Shown piece by piece: positions 19,701 through 20,000 of a stretch of DNA of 20,000 bases. Under the pieces are notes generated by a model, which searched no databases, was not told the origin of the DNA, and was given only the letters and a program-made list of their open reading frames with translations. The stretch's first letter is position 1; the number at the start of each line of letters is the position of its first letter. This stretch comes from Chiloscyllium plagiosum. Lineage: Eukaryota. The stretch covers positions 4,617,689-4,637,688 of the forward strand of contig NC_057760.1 in NCBI RefSeq assembly GCF_004010195.1, given 5' to 3'. The translations under genes were made by a program, and so were the position numbers.

Positions 19701-19810
19701 TGGGCTGTGGTGTACAGTCCTTACCTCTGAACTAGGAGGCCTGGGTTTAGGTCCCATCTGCTCCAGAGTGTGTAATAACATCTCTCAACAGGTTGATTAG
19801 AAAGTTATAT
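19701..19810 (+). mobile_element. Short tRNA-derived SINE, second copy of 2744-2850
   Basis: 'ccttacctctgaactaggaggcctgggtttaggtcccatctgctccagagtgtgtaataacatctc'. Confidence 0.55.
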
Positions 19811-19967
19811 GGAGCACATCTAGAGATCCCAAGGGACATAGTTGGGTGCGTTAGCTCTATTTGACAATCTCTGATCTTGTCCCCCTTCCCATTGTGTCCT
19901 CACAGCCTCCAATCTGTCATTTCATTACAGCTGAGGATTAAGATCTGACCATTTTGTCACAAGGTAC

Positions 19968-20000
19968 CTTAGCATCAAGAATCCTTTTCAGCTCCAACAT
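19968..20000 (-). CDS. ERCC2: ERCC2/XPD exon 2, 3' part only (MLELKRILDAK); the rest lies beyond the window end
   Basis: Reverse complement reads ATG TTG GAG CTG AAA AGG ATT CTT GAT GCT AAG|gtacct. This matches human XPD MRELKRTLDAK and ends at a phase-0 GT donor. Confidence 0.93.

Overview
Vertebrate genomic DNA. The repeat content (HE1-type V-SINEs, Deu-type SINEs, CR1 LINEs, Penelope-like relics) points to a cartilaginous fish, probably a shark; this is an inference. The whole window lies inside the ERCC2/XPD gene (TFIIH Fe-S helicase) on the minus strand. It holds the 3' end of exon 2 (19968-20000) and complete exons 3-11 (12343-12420 down to 816-984). All have GT/AG boundaries and match the human exon sizes as I recall them (78, 63, 114, 117, 117, 124, 97, 134, 169 nt). 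The introns are packed with nested mobile elements: a decayed Gmr1-type Ty3/gypsy LTR retrotransposon (integrase before RT-RNase H) broken by a 500-N gap, a solo LTR with a perfect 5-bp TSD inside a Rex1/Babar-like LINE end inside a CR1 LINE, several CR1/L2-like fragments and SINEs. The most interesting signal is a ~215-bp palindromic element present in three recent copies, plus older relatives. It has 12-15 bp target-site duplications, and its fold-back centre sits on a minimal Penelope-type hammerhead ribozyme motif (CTGAAGA-stem-GAAAC-GTC). Every such core on the strand of the ERCC2 pre-mRNA is disabled.
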